Shown piece after piece: positions 38,775-51,847 of a DNA stretch of 64,000 nucleotides; position 1 is the first letter of the stretch; every line of letters starts with the position of its first letter. The stretch spans positions 41,540,001-41,604,000 of the forward strand of contig OZ024746.1 in NCBI GenBank assembly GCA_964016885.1, written 5' to 3'. The notes beneath the pieces were generated by a model that searched no databases, was not told the DNA's origin, and saw only the letters and a list, made by a program, of their open reading frames with translations. The stretch comes from Eledone cirrhosa (Eukaryota). Made by a program: the position numbers and the translations under genes.

Positions 38775-40364
38775 TAGTAATAATAATAAATTTGAAGACT
38801 AAAATCCAAAGAGGGCTCGATAAGGATAAATATATATCAAATATATAAGAACCGTAGAGCAAATATTAAAATAACAGATTAAAGTTTAAGCAAAGAATCG
38901 CTGCTTTCGCCCTTAACGGGATCTTCTGAAACTAACAAAGTCAATCTGTAAACGCAGAACTGGATATTTCAAAAAACGTTGCAACCGGAGGAAGACAGCA
39001 AGACGATACTTTGGTTCGTGGAAACGTTCCCTGGCTAAGAACGGGAAAAAACGAATATAATACGTCATTAATAGGAGCGGTGAAAAACAATTACGCGCAA
39101 AGACAGAACCACGTTTATGGTAGAAAGGAGGTCGTAGACTAATGTTCTCTTAGGTATTTCATAGAGACGTTCTCTGGCAATGAACGAAAAAAACGAAGAT
39201 AATACGTCATATGTGAAGCGTGGAGAACAATAGCACGCAAAGACAAAACCACGTAAATGGTATAGCAGAAGTCGTAGACTAAATTCTAACTAGGAGACCG
39301 AATGAATCTCCGCTACAGAGTTAAGAACAAAGTAAATAAATACAATACAGAAGTAATAGGAATAAATAAATACATACACGCAAACAAAAACGTACATACA
39401 CAAGCATACGCAAAAAACTTACCATAGGTAAACAAAACCACGTACATATAAATATGTGTGTGTGTGTAAGCGTGTATACAAATAAATAAATAATTATATA
39501 AACGTATATAAATAAATAAATACGTATATAACAAGCGCACACACATACCTACATGTAAATACACGAATGTTCGGAGACGTAAGTCAACCAAAACATGAAG
39601 TACACATATACACACGCCCTACATACGTACGAACCTGCATACTCACACAGACGCAAAACACCCGTATACACATAGCCGAACCATATGTACCAGAATATAT
39701 AAAAAAATTATACGCCATAACAATCAAATATACGTACGAGAAGGTATACGTACCTTCACAAAACATACGGAAAATATATACTTACCTATGCAAATAAGTA
39801 AAGGTATAAACAAAACATATACTTAGCTCCCACATCGAGACGTAAAATATTCACGTATAGATCGTACTATCCGTTAGGGTATAACGTGGGGCTGTAATAC
39901 AGGAAAGTTTTGTGCAATTTATGTTTACAAGCCGAAATTGCCTCAGATTTTTTGTTTAAGATGTGGTCTGTGGCGTAGAGTATTTCCAGGGCCCCAGCGG
40001 CGCAGAGGTCACATGGTCTTTTATTTCCGTTATACGATCTAGCCCTAGCTAGGATCTCCCAGTGTAACTTAAATTGGGTGTGGTTGTCTTTTAGACTCCA
40101 GATATAAGCTGAAAGTGACGTCATATTCCTTCTTAGAGGGTAACGAAAAGAATGGGTATGCATGTAAAGACGCTGCTTGAATCTATTGGCAGTTAACCCT
40201 ATGTAGGCCCTACGCGACGTGGGTGTTACAACCTTACATTTGTAGACAATGTTACTAGAGAGGCATTTCCCGGATAGGGGGCAATCAACCCGATTCCTAC
40301 AATTACAGTTAGTACTAACTACAGGGTTGCACGTCTTCCTACGGCTAGGTAGTTTAGCTAAATT
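38775..40364 (-). mobile_element. Naiad-like PLE 3' portion (GIY-YIG at 39867-40364, ~1.1-kb 3' UTR, HHR variant, longest 3' end seen)
   Basis: CNC..CPL.G.CL...IVYKC.V...YIGLT...FKQR...H.HSF..W....CDLC...LNKK.E...CKH; homologous to 43297-44800. Confidence 0.93.
38883..38933 (-). ncRNA. Hammerhead variant with CAGAAGA core
   Basis: Minus strand: agttt-CAGAAGA-tccc-gttaa-gggc-GAAA-gca..tgc-TT-aaact. Confidence 0.7.
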
Positions 40365-40651
40365 CTCGCTCATATAGGACTATCTGGCAGGTTTTTACGG
40401 CTGGATGCCCTTCCTAACACCAACCACATTTACAGTGTGGAACTGGGAACTTTTTACCATGTTACCTACAAGGCCACATTACTGTGTGTTTTTCTTCTCG
40501 TGACACCTACACAATCTCGATCTCATTATCTCATTTATTTTGGACTGGATGTTGTGGTACTAACTTTACAGAGAGAGGGTGGTGTTGGTGGGAGTGGGAG
40601 GATAGGGTAGTGGATTGGGGTGTATATTTGGTTAAGAGGTGCCTACTGACA
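40365..40651 (-). mobile_element. RTE 3' UTR fragment lacking its tail
   Basis: Matches 8550-8812 (ggctggatgcccttcctaacaccaacc...gaggtgcctactgac). Confidence 0.85.
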
Positions 40652-40743
40652 TATATATATACATATATATATACACACACATATATATATATACATATAT
40701 ATACATTCATATATATATATACATATATATATATACATTCATA

Positions 40744-40797
<54 letters not shown>

Positions 40798-40812
40798 CAT
40801 ACATATATATAC

Positions 40813-40845
<33 letters not shown>

Positions 40846-41163
40846 CATACGATTAGAGCAAACATCACGGGCGCTCTATCTCAAAATTCTTTTTGAAAAG
40901 CATTAGAAATGTGCAACCGGTAAAACTTAAAACCAAAACTGAACACTAACCAATACTATTACTAATTTTTACTTATTCCTAATTAAACTATTTTTCACTG
41001 TGAACAATTTGTCAGCATTTTCTTTTCCTTTTACCAATATATACATACATATATATATACATACATATATATATACATATATATATACATATATATATAT
41101 ACATACATATATATATACATATATATATATATATACATAGAAAATCTTCGTCCAAGTGAGTTT

Positions 41164-41245
41164 GTTTCCTGATGATTTCGAAGCCCGTGAATTTATCCTT
41201 GATCGGATATTTCCAAAAGCGAAATAAACCCCATGGGGTAGAAAC
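41164..41245 (+). ncRNA. Type I hammerhead with palindromic stem III; GAAA reads TAAA
   Basis: gtttc-CTGATGA-tttcg...cgaaa-TAAA-ccccatgggg-TA-gaaac. Confidence 0.75.
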
Positions 41246-41544
41246 GTAATCTTGGTATGTTTATATACATTTTTTCTTCTAACTTTAATTTTATACCTAA
41301 TTGTGTATGGTTGACGATATATTTAATCGATTTCCACGTGCTATTGAAATGCTGGGTAAATATTCTATAGCTGTTGATCGCGAAAAGATAGCTGTCGTTT
41401 ATTTATCTATTATTTCTTCATAGGTGCCTTTTAATCTTATAGCCTGGTTTAATTGGTTTTTTGTGTGGTTGATTATGTTGATTGGAAGAGGAGATGGTGT
41501 ATATATCTTATCAAATGATTCTATGGACATACTTTATTGTATAC

Positions 41545-42501
<957 letters not shown>

Positions 42502-42532
42502 ATAATAATAAATTTGAAGACTAAAATCCAAA

Positions 42533-43795
42533 AGTTGGTGATTAATTTCGACGACTCTATTTGGATAAAAAAATCCAATAGTACCCCACCCATTCGACGT
42601 GAGTATGGGCGCCACCGATTCTTGGGAGATTACTGATCTTATCGGCCTTTTCCTTCTTTTCTCTATCAAGGACGAATTCCCCAACGCGGGCGGTGGTTTG
42701 TACCGTGATGATGGTCTTTTGATCATGACTAAGTGCGGACCTCGTGCTTGCAACAGGTTCAGAAAAGAACTCACAGCCTTCTTTAAAGGCTTCAACCTCT
42801 CTATAGAGGTTGAGGCCAATCTCTCGGTCGTTAATTACCTCGACGTTACCCTCAATTTATTGAATGGGTTGTATTACCCGTATAGAAAGCCGAATGATAC
42901 GCTTAATTACATAAGTAAGCATTCCAACCTTCCTGCCAGCATAACCAAGAACCTGGTAAGAAACGTTTCGTTGAGGATTTCCCGTCTATTTACTAACGAG
43001 CATATTTTCAACGACCATTCCACTTATTACAATGAAGCTCTTGCTCAGAGTGGATTTGTCGATAAGGTAGCATATACATAGTACGAAAATAGATTTAGAA
43101 GAAATAGATCCCGTCGCATTTGCTGGTATAACCCACAATATAATATGGAGGTGGCCACACCATTAGCTAAGATCTTTCTTTCCCTTATTACGAAGCATTT
43201 TCCTCCTACACATAAATATAGTAAAATTTTTAATAGAAATACTATTAAAATTTCTTACTCTACGACTCCTAACCTTGCACATAACATCACAGCTTCAAAT
43301 TTAGCTAAACTACCTAGCCGTAGGAAGACGTGCAACCCTGTAGTTAGTACTAACTGTAATTGTAGGAATCGGGTTGATTGCCCCCTATCCGTGAAATGCC
43401 TCTCTAGTAACATTGTCTACAAATGTACGGTTGAAACACCCACGTCCCGTAGGGCCTACATAGTGTTAACCGTCAATAGATTCAAGCAGCGTCTTTACAT
43501 GCATACCCATTCTTTTCGTTACCCTCCAAGAAGGAATATGACGTCACTTTCAGCTTATATCTGGAGTCTAAAAGACAACCACACCCAATATAAGTTACAC
43601 TAGGAGATCCTAGCTAGGGCTAGATCGTATAACGAAAATAAAAGACCATGTGACTTCTGTGCCGCTGAGACCCTGGAAATACTCTACGCCACAGACCACA
43701 TCTTAAACAAAAAATCTGAGGCAATTTCGGCTTGTAAACATAAATTGCACAAAACTTTCCTGTATTACAGCCCCACGTTATACCCTAACGGATAG
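42533..43795 (+). pseudogene. PLE reverse transcriptase (C-terminal part) plus GIY-YIG; one frameshift and two in-frame TAG stops (43079, 43601)
   Basis: [66 protein letters not shown]. Confidence 0.95.
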
Positions 43796-44731
43796 TACGA
43801 TCTATACGTGGATATTTTACGTCTTGATGTGGTAGCTAAGTATATGTTTTGTTTATACTATTACTTATTTGCATAGGTAAGTATATATTACCTGTATGTT
43901 TTGTGAAGATACGTATACCTTCTCATACGTATATTTGATTGTATATGTTTTGGCGTATAATTTTATATATTCTGGTACATATGGTTCGGCTATGTGTATA
44001 CGGGAGTTTTGCGTCTGTGTGAGTATGCAGGCTCGTACGTATGTAGGGTGTGTGTATATGTGTACTTCATGTTTTGGTTGACTTACGTCTCCGAACATTC
44101 GTGTATTTACATGTAGGTATGTGTGTGCGCTTGTTATATACGTATTTATTTTTTTTATATACGTTTATTTATTATTTATTTATTTGTATACACGCATACA
44201 CACACACACATATTTATATGTGCGTGGTTTTGTATACCTATGGTAAGTGTTTTCGCGTATGCTTGTGTATGTACGTATTTGTATGCGTGTATGTATTTAT
44301 TTAATTTCTATTACCTCTGTATTGTATTTATTTACTTTGTTCTTAACTCTGAAGCGGAGATTCATTCGGTCTCCTAGTTAGAATTTTAGTCTATGACTTC
44401 AGCTATACCATTTACGTGGTTTTGTCTTTGCGTGCAATTGTTCTCCACGATCCGCATATGACGTTTTATCTTCGTTTTTTTTGTTCATTGCCAGAGAACG
44501 TCTCTATGAAACACCTAAGAGAACATTAGTCTACGACCTCTTTTATACCATAAACGTGGTTCCGTCTTTGCGCGTAATTGTTTTTCACCGCTCCTATTAA
44601 TGACGTATATTCATTTTTTCCCGTTCTTTCCCAGGGAAGGTTTCCACGAACCAAAGTATCGTCTTGCTGTCTTCCTCCGGTTGCAACGTTTTTTGAAATA
44701 TCCACTCCTGCGTTTACAGATTGACTTTGTT

Positions 44732-44782
44732 AGTTTCAGAAGATCCCGTTAAGGGTGAAAGCAGCGATTCTTTGCTTAAACT
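44732..44782 (+). ncRNA. Hammerhead variant with CAGAAGA core
   Basis: agttt-CAGAAGA-tccc-gttaa-gggt-GAAA-gca..tgc-TT-aaact. Confidence 0.7.
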
Positions 44783-44828
44783 TTAATCTGTTATTTTAAT
44801 AAATAAATAAATATATATATATATATAT

Positions 44829-44944
44829 ATTGTTATACTTTGAGAGGGTCATGTTGCCAATAAGAAACACACGCACCAGTTGCTTTCACTTCAATTTATT
44901 ATATATTTATAAATTTACAAATCTACAAACTTATAAATTTCTGG

Positions 44945-45008
<64 letters not shown>

Positions 45009-45052
45009 GGTTGGTTGGTTGGTTCCACAACCAGATAGTTGTTTATATATAG

Positions 45053-45124
<72 letters not shown>

Positions 45125-45393
45125 GGCTGGTTGGTTGGTTCCACAACCAGATAGTTGTTTATATATAGTCATAGTCCTTTCGTCACACACTCTGTGACCT
45201 CTTCAGTGACTGGGGATTCCTTTCTTTGTTTCTGTGCCTTTCCTTTCTTCTATATATATATATAATAAATTGAAGTGAAAGCAACTGGTGCGTGTGTTTC
45301 TTATTGGCAACATGACCCTCCCAAAGTATAACAATATCGGTTTCAACACACAATTTCAGATAAAGAATCTTGCTAAACAAATTCAGAAACGAA
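44829..45393. mobile_element. HHR-bearing short element with 3'-ends-outward inversion
   Basis: 44829-44904 is inverted at 45257-45333; a similar inverted copy of the family lies at 47295-47473. Confidence 0.75.
45167..45211 (-). ncRNA. Minimal type I hammerhead
   Basis: Minus strand: agtca-CTGAAGA-g-gtcaca-gagtg-tgtgac-GAAA-ggac-TA-tgact. Confidence 0.8.
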
Positions 45394-45402
45394 ATATATA
45401 TA

Positions 45403-45521
<119 letters not shown>

Positions 45522-45561
45522 ATATATATAATATATATATATTATATATATATATTATATA

Positions 45562-45655
<94 letters not shown>

Positions 45656-45682
45656 ATATATATAATATATATATATTATATA

Positions 45683-45730
<48 letters not shown>

Positions 45731-45873
45731 GCACACATATGTGTTTGTGCTTGTGGTTACACACATTATTCAGGAACCAGAAAATACATCAAGGATATTG
45801 TAAAAGCAAGTGACACAAACGCAAAAGCTGAGAAGCAAGAAGAAATCCCCAGTGAATAGTAATACTTCATAGC

Positions 45874-46427
45874 TGTTGTGTGGTTGGTGTAGTGGTTGTT
45901 GTGTGGTTGGTGTAGTGGTTGTTGTGTGGTTGGTGTAGTGGTTGTTGTGTGGTTGGTGTAGTGGTTGTTGTGTGGTTGGTGTAGTGGTTGTTGTGTGGTT
46001 GGTGTAGTGGTTGTTGTGTGGTTGGTGTAGTGGTTGTTGTGTGGTTGGTGTAGTGGTTGTTGTGTGGTTGGTGTAGTGGTTGTTGTGTGGTTGGTGTAGT
46101 GGTTGTTGTGTGGTTGGTGTAGTGGTTGTTGTGTGGTTGGTGTAGTGGTTGTTGTGTGGTTGGTGTAGTGGTTGTTGTGTGGTTGGTGTAGTGGTTGTTG
46201 TGTGGTTGGTGTAGTGGTTGTTGTGTGGTTGGTGTAGTGGTTGTTGTGTGGTTGGTGTAGTGGTTGTTGTGTGGTTGGTGTAGTGGTTGTTGTGTGGTTG
46301 GTGTAGTGGTTGTTGTGTGGTTGGTGTAGTGGTTGTTGTGTGGTTGGTGTAGTGGTTGTTGTGTGGTTGGTGTAGTGGTTGTTGTGTGGTTGGTGTAGTG
46401 GTTGTTGTGTGGTTGGTGTAGTGGTTG
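45874..46427. repeat. Perfect 23-bp G/T-rich minisatellite, about 24 copies
   Basis: Unit tgttgtgtggttggtgtagtggt; the 23-aa period of the minus-strand ORF equals three units. Confidence 0.97.
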
Positions 46428-46455
46428 CATGAATGACAGCAGGGAAAATAATGAT

Positions 46456-46765
46456 ACAGTGTTACTCAAAAGAATTTGAACATTCCCTGATAGCATCAAT
46501 GCTTCTTAGCAACATTGGCGGGAGTGTCCCTGTAACGCAAGATGTATACAAAACTATATAAGTAGAATAACTATATATATATATGGTGAGTAATATTACA
46601 ATTATATATATATATATATATAAGATGTATACAAAATTATATAAGTAGAATAACTATATATATATATGGTGAGTAATATTACAATTATATATATATATAT
46701 ATATAAGATGTATACAAAATTATATAAGTAGAATAACTATATATATATATGGTGAGTAATATTAC

Positions 46766-46799
<34 letters not shown>

Positions 46800-46943
46800 G
46801 TAATATTACTCACCATATATATATATAGTTATTCTACTTATATAATTTTGTATACATCTTGCGTTACAGGGACACTCCCGCCAATGTTGCTAAGAAGCAT
46901 TGATGCTATCAGGGAATGTTCAAATTCTTTTGAGTAACACTGT
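46456..46943. repeat. ~150-bp inverted duplication centred on (TA)n, with its inner ~65 bp amplified to three tandem copies on the left
   Basis: 46456-46605 versus 46794-46943; aagatgtatacaaaa...tacaatt occurs three times, separated by TA runs. Confidence 0.92.
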
Positions 46944-47284
46944 GAGTTCAATTCTCGGACCAGGTGATGTGTTGTTTCCTTGAGCAAGACACTTTATTTC
47001 ACATTGCTCCAATTTACTCAGCTGTAGAAATGAGATGATAGGGACTGAGGTCCCTATCATTCCACTGAAAAGTGGTCATGGAGGTGCCACAGCAAAAAAG
47101 CACCCACCACTCACTGTAAATGAGGTTGGTGTTAGGAAGGGCATCCAGCTGTAGAAATCAAGCCAATATCAGTTCCCGTATGAGCAAGACAAGGTCAGCT
47201 AACCAGACACTGCCCACAACAGGACAGCCCGTCTAACCCATGCTAGCGTGGAAGATAGGACGTAAAACGGTGATGATGATGATA
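46941..47284 (+). mobile_element. tRNA-SINE with RTE tail, head truncated at the B box
   Basis: tgtgagttcaattctc...ttgagcaagacacttt...gacgtaaaacggtgatgatgat. Confidence 0.88.
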
Positions 47285-47481
47285 TTTATACTTTGATGAT
47301 ATTTATACTTTGCCAATAAAAACACATGCACCTGTTGTTTTCACTTCAATTTATTATAAATTTGTGGTTGGTTAGTTCGATAACTGGAACATGACCCTCG
47401 CAAAGTATAACAATATCTGTTTCAGCACACGTTTTCAGATAAGAAATCTTGCAAAAAAAATTCAAAAAACGAATATATATA

Positions 47482-47738
47482 TCACCATCATCATCATCAT
47501 CATTTTACGTCCGCTTTTCCCTGCTTGCACTGAGTCTGGCTTGATTTCTACAGCTGGATGCCCTTCCTAACACCAACCTCATTTACAGTGAGTGCTGGGT
47601 GCTTTTTTGCCGTGGCACCTCCACGACCACTTTGCAGTGGAATGATAGGGACCTCAGTCCCTATCATCTCATTTCTACAGCTGAGTAAACTGGAGCAATG
47701 TGAAATAAAGTGTCTTGCTCAAGGAAACAACACATCAT
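47482..47738 (-). mobile_element. Same SINE family, head missing
   Basis: Near-identical to 7665-7870. Confidence 0.88.
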
Positions 47739-47749
47739 ATATATATATT

Positions 47750-48020
47750 TATCACATAAGAAATGGAGAATCAGTGTTGTGACGAATAAAATTTATTAGA
47801 CATTACAATCGTTTCTCTGGTGACCAGCTCAAGGCACGATCAATGTAATGATTGAACCTGACTCTGAAATCGCAAGGTCCTCAGATACGTCTCGATTCTA
47901 CGAAGCAGAGTTTTGATAATTACATCGATCGTGCCTCGAGTGGTTGCCAGAGAAATGATTGTAATATGTCTAATAAATTTTATTCGTCGCAACACTGATT
48001 CTCCGTTTCTTATGTGATAT
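47750..48020. mobile_element. Fold-back of an HHR-bearing 3' end (~100-bp arms)
   Basis: 47750-47850 is inverted at 47918-48020. Confidence 0.85.
47798..47892 (-). ncRNA. Type I hammerhead (3' half duplicated on the + strand at about 47950)
   Basis: Minus strand: agacgtat-CTGAGGA...GAAA-cgattg-TA-at(at)gtct-aataaa; stem II pairing not resolved by eye. Confidence 0.7.
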
Positions 48021-48297
48021 CATACTCAACTCTGTAAGAGCATCGAGTACTCAAACGGCCTACTGTTTATGGACGCTTTAAGCATCCCACACCAATTATA
48101 TATATATAGAGAGAGAGAGATAGATAGATAGATTGATAGAGAGCGAGAAAGAAAATTATAAAAAATATTATTAAAAACACCATGAGTGGGAATAACTTTT
48201 ATTGCATATGTTGAGTAAAACACTACTTTAAGCAGTGTTTGGTTATTGTTGAACAATCAAATTAATTGATTACACTAACAGAATTTGAATAATACTA

Positions 48298-48380
<83 letters not shown>

Positions 48381-49552
48381 ATATATAGTGAGTTGTGCCA
48401 ACACTTACTTATGGTTATGAATCTTGGGTAGTGATTAACAGAATACAATGGCAAATACATGCAGCTGATGTGGGGTTCCTCTAAAGGGTCTTTGGAGTAA
48501 TTTTACTCAATAGGGTGCATAGCTCAGGGATCAGAGAGATCACAGCTCCATTACTACAGACCGCATAGACTCTGATCTTGGCTGGTCATGCTGGGGCATC
48601 CAGCCAAATCAATTGCAAAATGGTTGCTTCTGACAGGAGTCACTGGAAGGCATGCTTAAGGGTTCTGCCCCCATGACCCAACCAGAAATAAGTGGGCAAA
48701 GAAAAAATATATTGCAGTCTCCATCCAACTCTGTGAGAACTGGTGATTGGCCTGCAACCTGTCCTGGGATGTGTGGGATGGACATACAGAGGTTACGCAT
48801 ATTAAGACCCAAAAGATGATCTGGAATGGAGCAAATCATGACAATCATTGAAGTTGTCCATCACTAATATTTTTATAGAGTGCAAGGTTTGATGTACACT
48901 GACACCATTGCTTTACAGATAGAGAACAGTCAGCAGATGACAAACTTTCAGGTGCCAGGTGTCAAATTTTGGTCTTTGTTTGACCCTGGATTCCAGATTC
49001 ATGAAAGGTTTGAAAATTGAGGCAAGACACAACTACCAGCAGGTAATAATGAATAGTGGATGTGATGTATGCATTCATTACTTCTCCTCAATATTTCAAG
49101 GATAGCTTCATCTTAACATATTTCTGGGTGAGTCTACCCACCCTGCTCCTATTCTCATCACAGTTTCTCTCCATTGGGAGGTTTAACCTGAGCCAGATCC
49201 CAACCTAAACAAGACTGACAAAGCTAGGAAGCAAATGAGTGCTGAAGTAATAGAGCCATCAAGCTGCATAATTTTACATGAGGCTAGCAGCCAAAACAAA
49301 TGATGTCACGTATCATTTAACACCACCACATGACTGAAATCAATAAAGGCTCTTTATGACATGCTTTACAATAACATCTCTACCTTTTGTTACTTATTTA
49401 TCTGAAGAGTTAGATGTGTTTACATCTATAAAACCATTGGTAATGCACAAATAGTCAAACTATATATATAGTATGCACCATCCCCACCCTCCCATACATC
49501 TCTCATGAGGATAGGCTGTAGCATACATCCAGGGAAGCCTCCAGCTCACACT

Positions 49553-50415
49553 GGAAAATGGTCGTATAGGTGGCATAACAAAAAGCACCCAGCCCACACT
49601 GTAAAGTGGTTGTGATGGCGACATGACAAAAAAAAAGCACCCAACCCACACTGTAAAGTGGTTGTGTAGATGTCATGACAAAAAGCACCCAGTCCACACT
49701 GTAAAGTGATCATGTAGGAGTCACAACAAAAAGCACCCAGTCCACACTATAAAGTGGTCATGTAGGAGTCACAACAGAAAGCACCTTGTCCACACTGTAA
49801 AGTGGTCATGTAAGAGTCACAACTAAAAGCACCCAGTCCACACTGTAAATGTGATCATGTAGGAGTCACAACAAAAAGCACCCGGCACACTGTAAATGTG
49901 ATCATGTAGGAGTCACAACAAAAAGCACCCAGCACACTGTAAAGTGGTCATGTAGGAGTCACAACAAAAAGCACCCGGCACACTGTAAAATGGTCATGTA
50001 GGGGTCACAACAAAAAGCACCCGGCACACTGTAAAGTGGTCATGTAGGAGTCACAACAAAAAGCACCCAGCACACTGTAAAGTGGTCATGTAGGAGTCAC
50101 AACAAAAAGCACCCAGCACACTGTAAAGTGGTCATGTAGGAGTCACAACAAAAAGCACCCGGCACACTGTAAAGTGGTCATGTAGGAGTCACAACAAAAA
50201 GCACCTTGTCCACACTGTAAAGTGGTCATGTAGGAGTCACAACAAAAAGCACCCGGCACACACTGTAAATGTGATCATGTAGGAGTCACAACAAAAAGCA
50301 CCCAGCACACTGTAAATGTGATCATGTAGGAGTCACAACAAAAAGCACCCGGCACACACTGTAAATGTGATCATGTAGGAGTCACAACAAAAAGCACCCG
50401 GCACACTGTAAATGT
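49553..50415 (+). repeat. 46-48-bp minisatellite (about 18 copies) inside an RTE-type 3' UTR (49490-50545)
   Basis: Unit cacactgtaaagtggtcatgtaggagtcacaacaaaaagcacccag, followed by ggttggcattaggaagggcatc...ggacattaaacgatgatg. Confidence 0.95.
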
Positions 50416-51319
50416 GGTTGGCATTAGGAAGGGCATCTAGCCATAGAAACCTAGCCAGAAACATTTCTATATGAGTAAGATATGGTCGGAAAAATGGACA
50501 TTAAACGATGATGATGAATGATGATAATGCTGATGATGATGATATATATATATGTGTGTGTGTGTTTGTGTGTGTATTATATATGAAGGCAATTCTTAAA
50601 ACAAACTAAATAGCTAAATAACTAACATATGCATTTGTGTTTTAGTCTATATTTTAAACAAAGTGGGTAGGTCAATAATATGGCATGCCACATGTTCCAA
50701 CACATTTTCTGCTTCTAGTCTCATCACCTTGGCCACAGATCTTTGTACTGGTTTCCCCAATATATTCTTAATTACATATCTCACAATGTTTCAAATCAAC
50801 TGTACCTTTAAGAAACTAATAGTTGTTGCTAGCAGCTCTAAAGTGTAAATGGAATAATGCCAATAAATGAAGAATTACCATATATACTCAAATATAAGCA
50901 GAGAAATATTATGACACACAAAAAATAAAAATCGATGGAAAAATTGGGGGATCGGCTTATATTCGAGGTCAATATTTTGCCAATTTTCCCCTACTTTAAT
51001 TTCTATGTAAATAGGATTCTAAAATAATTGGAGTGAGTATTTTAACAATGAAACACTGTTTTTCTACATTTACATTGTCATTGGTGTTATTTATGCATTC
51101 CCTAGAAAATATTTCCAGTGAATCTTGATAATTTAAACATTTTAATACATAAATATCCCATACATATACACACATGCACACGTTTTCTCTGATTTATTAC
51201 TTTTTCTTTCAATCGTACGTTAGATTGAAATTTTACTTCTGATTTTAATTCATTGCTCTTACTCTCTCTCTCTCTCTTGATCTTACACGCTTTTCACTTC
51301 ACCTCTCCTCTTTCTTTTC

Positions 51320-51847
51320 AACTGGCCTGGCCATCCTCATAACGGTGCTATCCAACTCCCCACTGCAAATGTGATTACAGCTCCCAACCCCTGTGACCAG
51401 AGTACAATGTGGCCAACTGGCCTGGCTCTCCTCATAATGGTGCCATTCAGTTCCACACTGTAAATGTGGGTGCAGCTCCCAAATTATGGCTCTTCTGTGA
51501 GCAGGGTATGGCATGGCCAACTGGCCTGTCCCTCCTCATAATGGTACCATTCAGTTCCACACTGTAAATGTGGGTGCAGCTCCCAAATTATGGCTCTTCT
51601 GTGAGCAGGGTATGGCATGGCCAACTGGCCTGTCCCTCCTCATAATGGTACCATTCAGTTCCACACTGTAAATGTGGTTGGTGTTAGGAAGGGCATCCAA
51701 CTAAAAATCCTGGCCAAATTTACAGTTCTTTCTGAGCAAGGTACTGCATAGCTAATCTGACCAGACATGTCGCATGATGCGAACAATCTGTCTAATCCAT
51801 GCAAACATGGAAAATAGATGGTAAACGGTGATGATGATGATGATGAT
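51320..51847 (+). mobile_element. RTE-type 3' UTR with a 104-bp tandem repeat (about 3.5 copies)
   Basis: ggccaactggcc at 51411, 51515 and 51619; tail ggtaaacggtgatgatgat. Confidence 0.85.

Noticed and set aside
43079-43603. In-frame stops as selenocysteine recoding, reported for some Naiad PLEs
   Set aside because: Both stops are TAG rather than TGA, and the sister copy has TGG at the second position
45867-46499. 210-aa mucin-like ORF
   Set aside because: Read-through of a 23-bp minisatellite; the unit length is not a multiple of 3
49553-50415. CRISPR-like regular repeats
   Set aside because: Contiguous tandem units with no unique spacers, no cas genes, eukaryotic context
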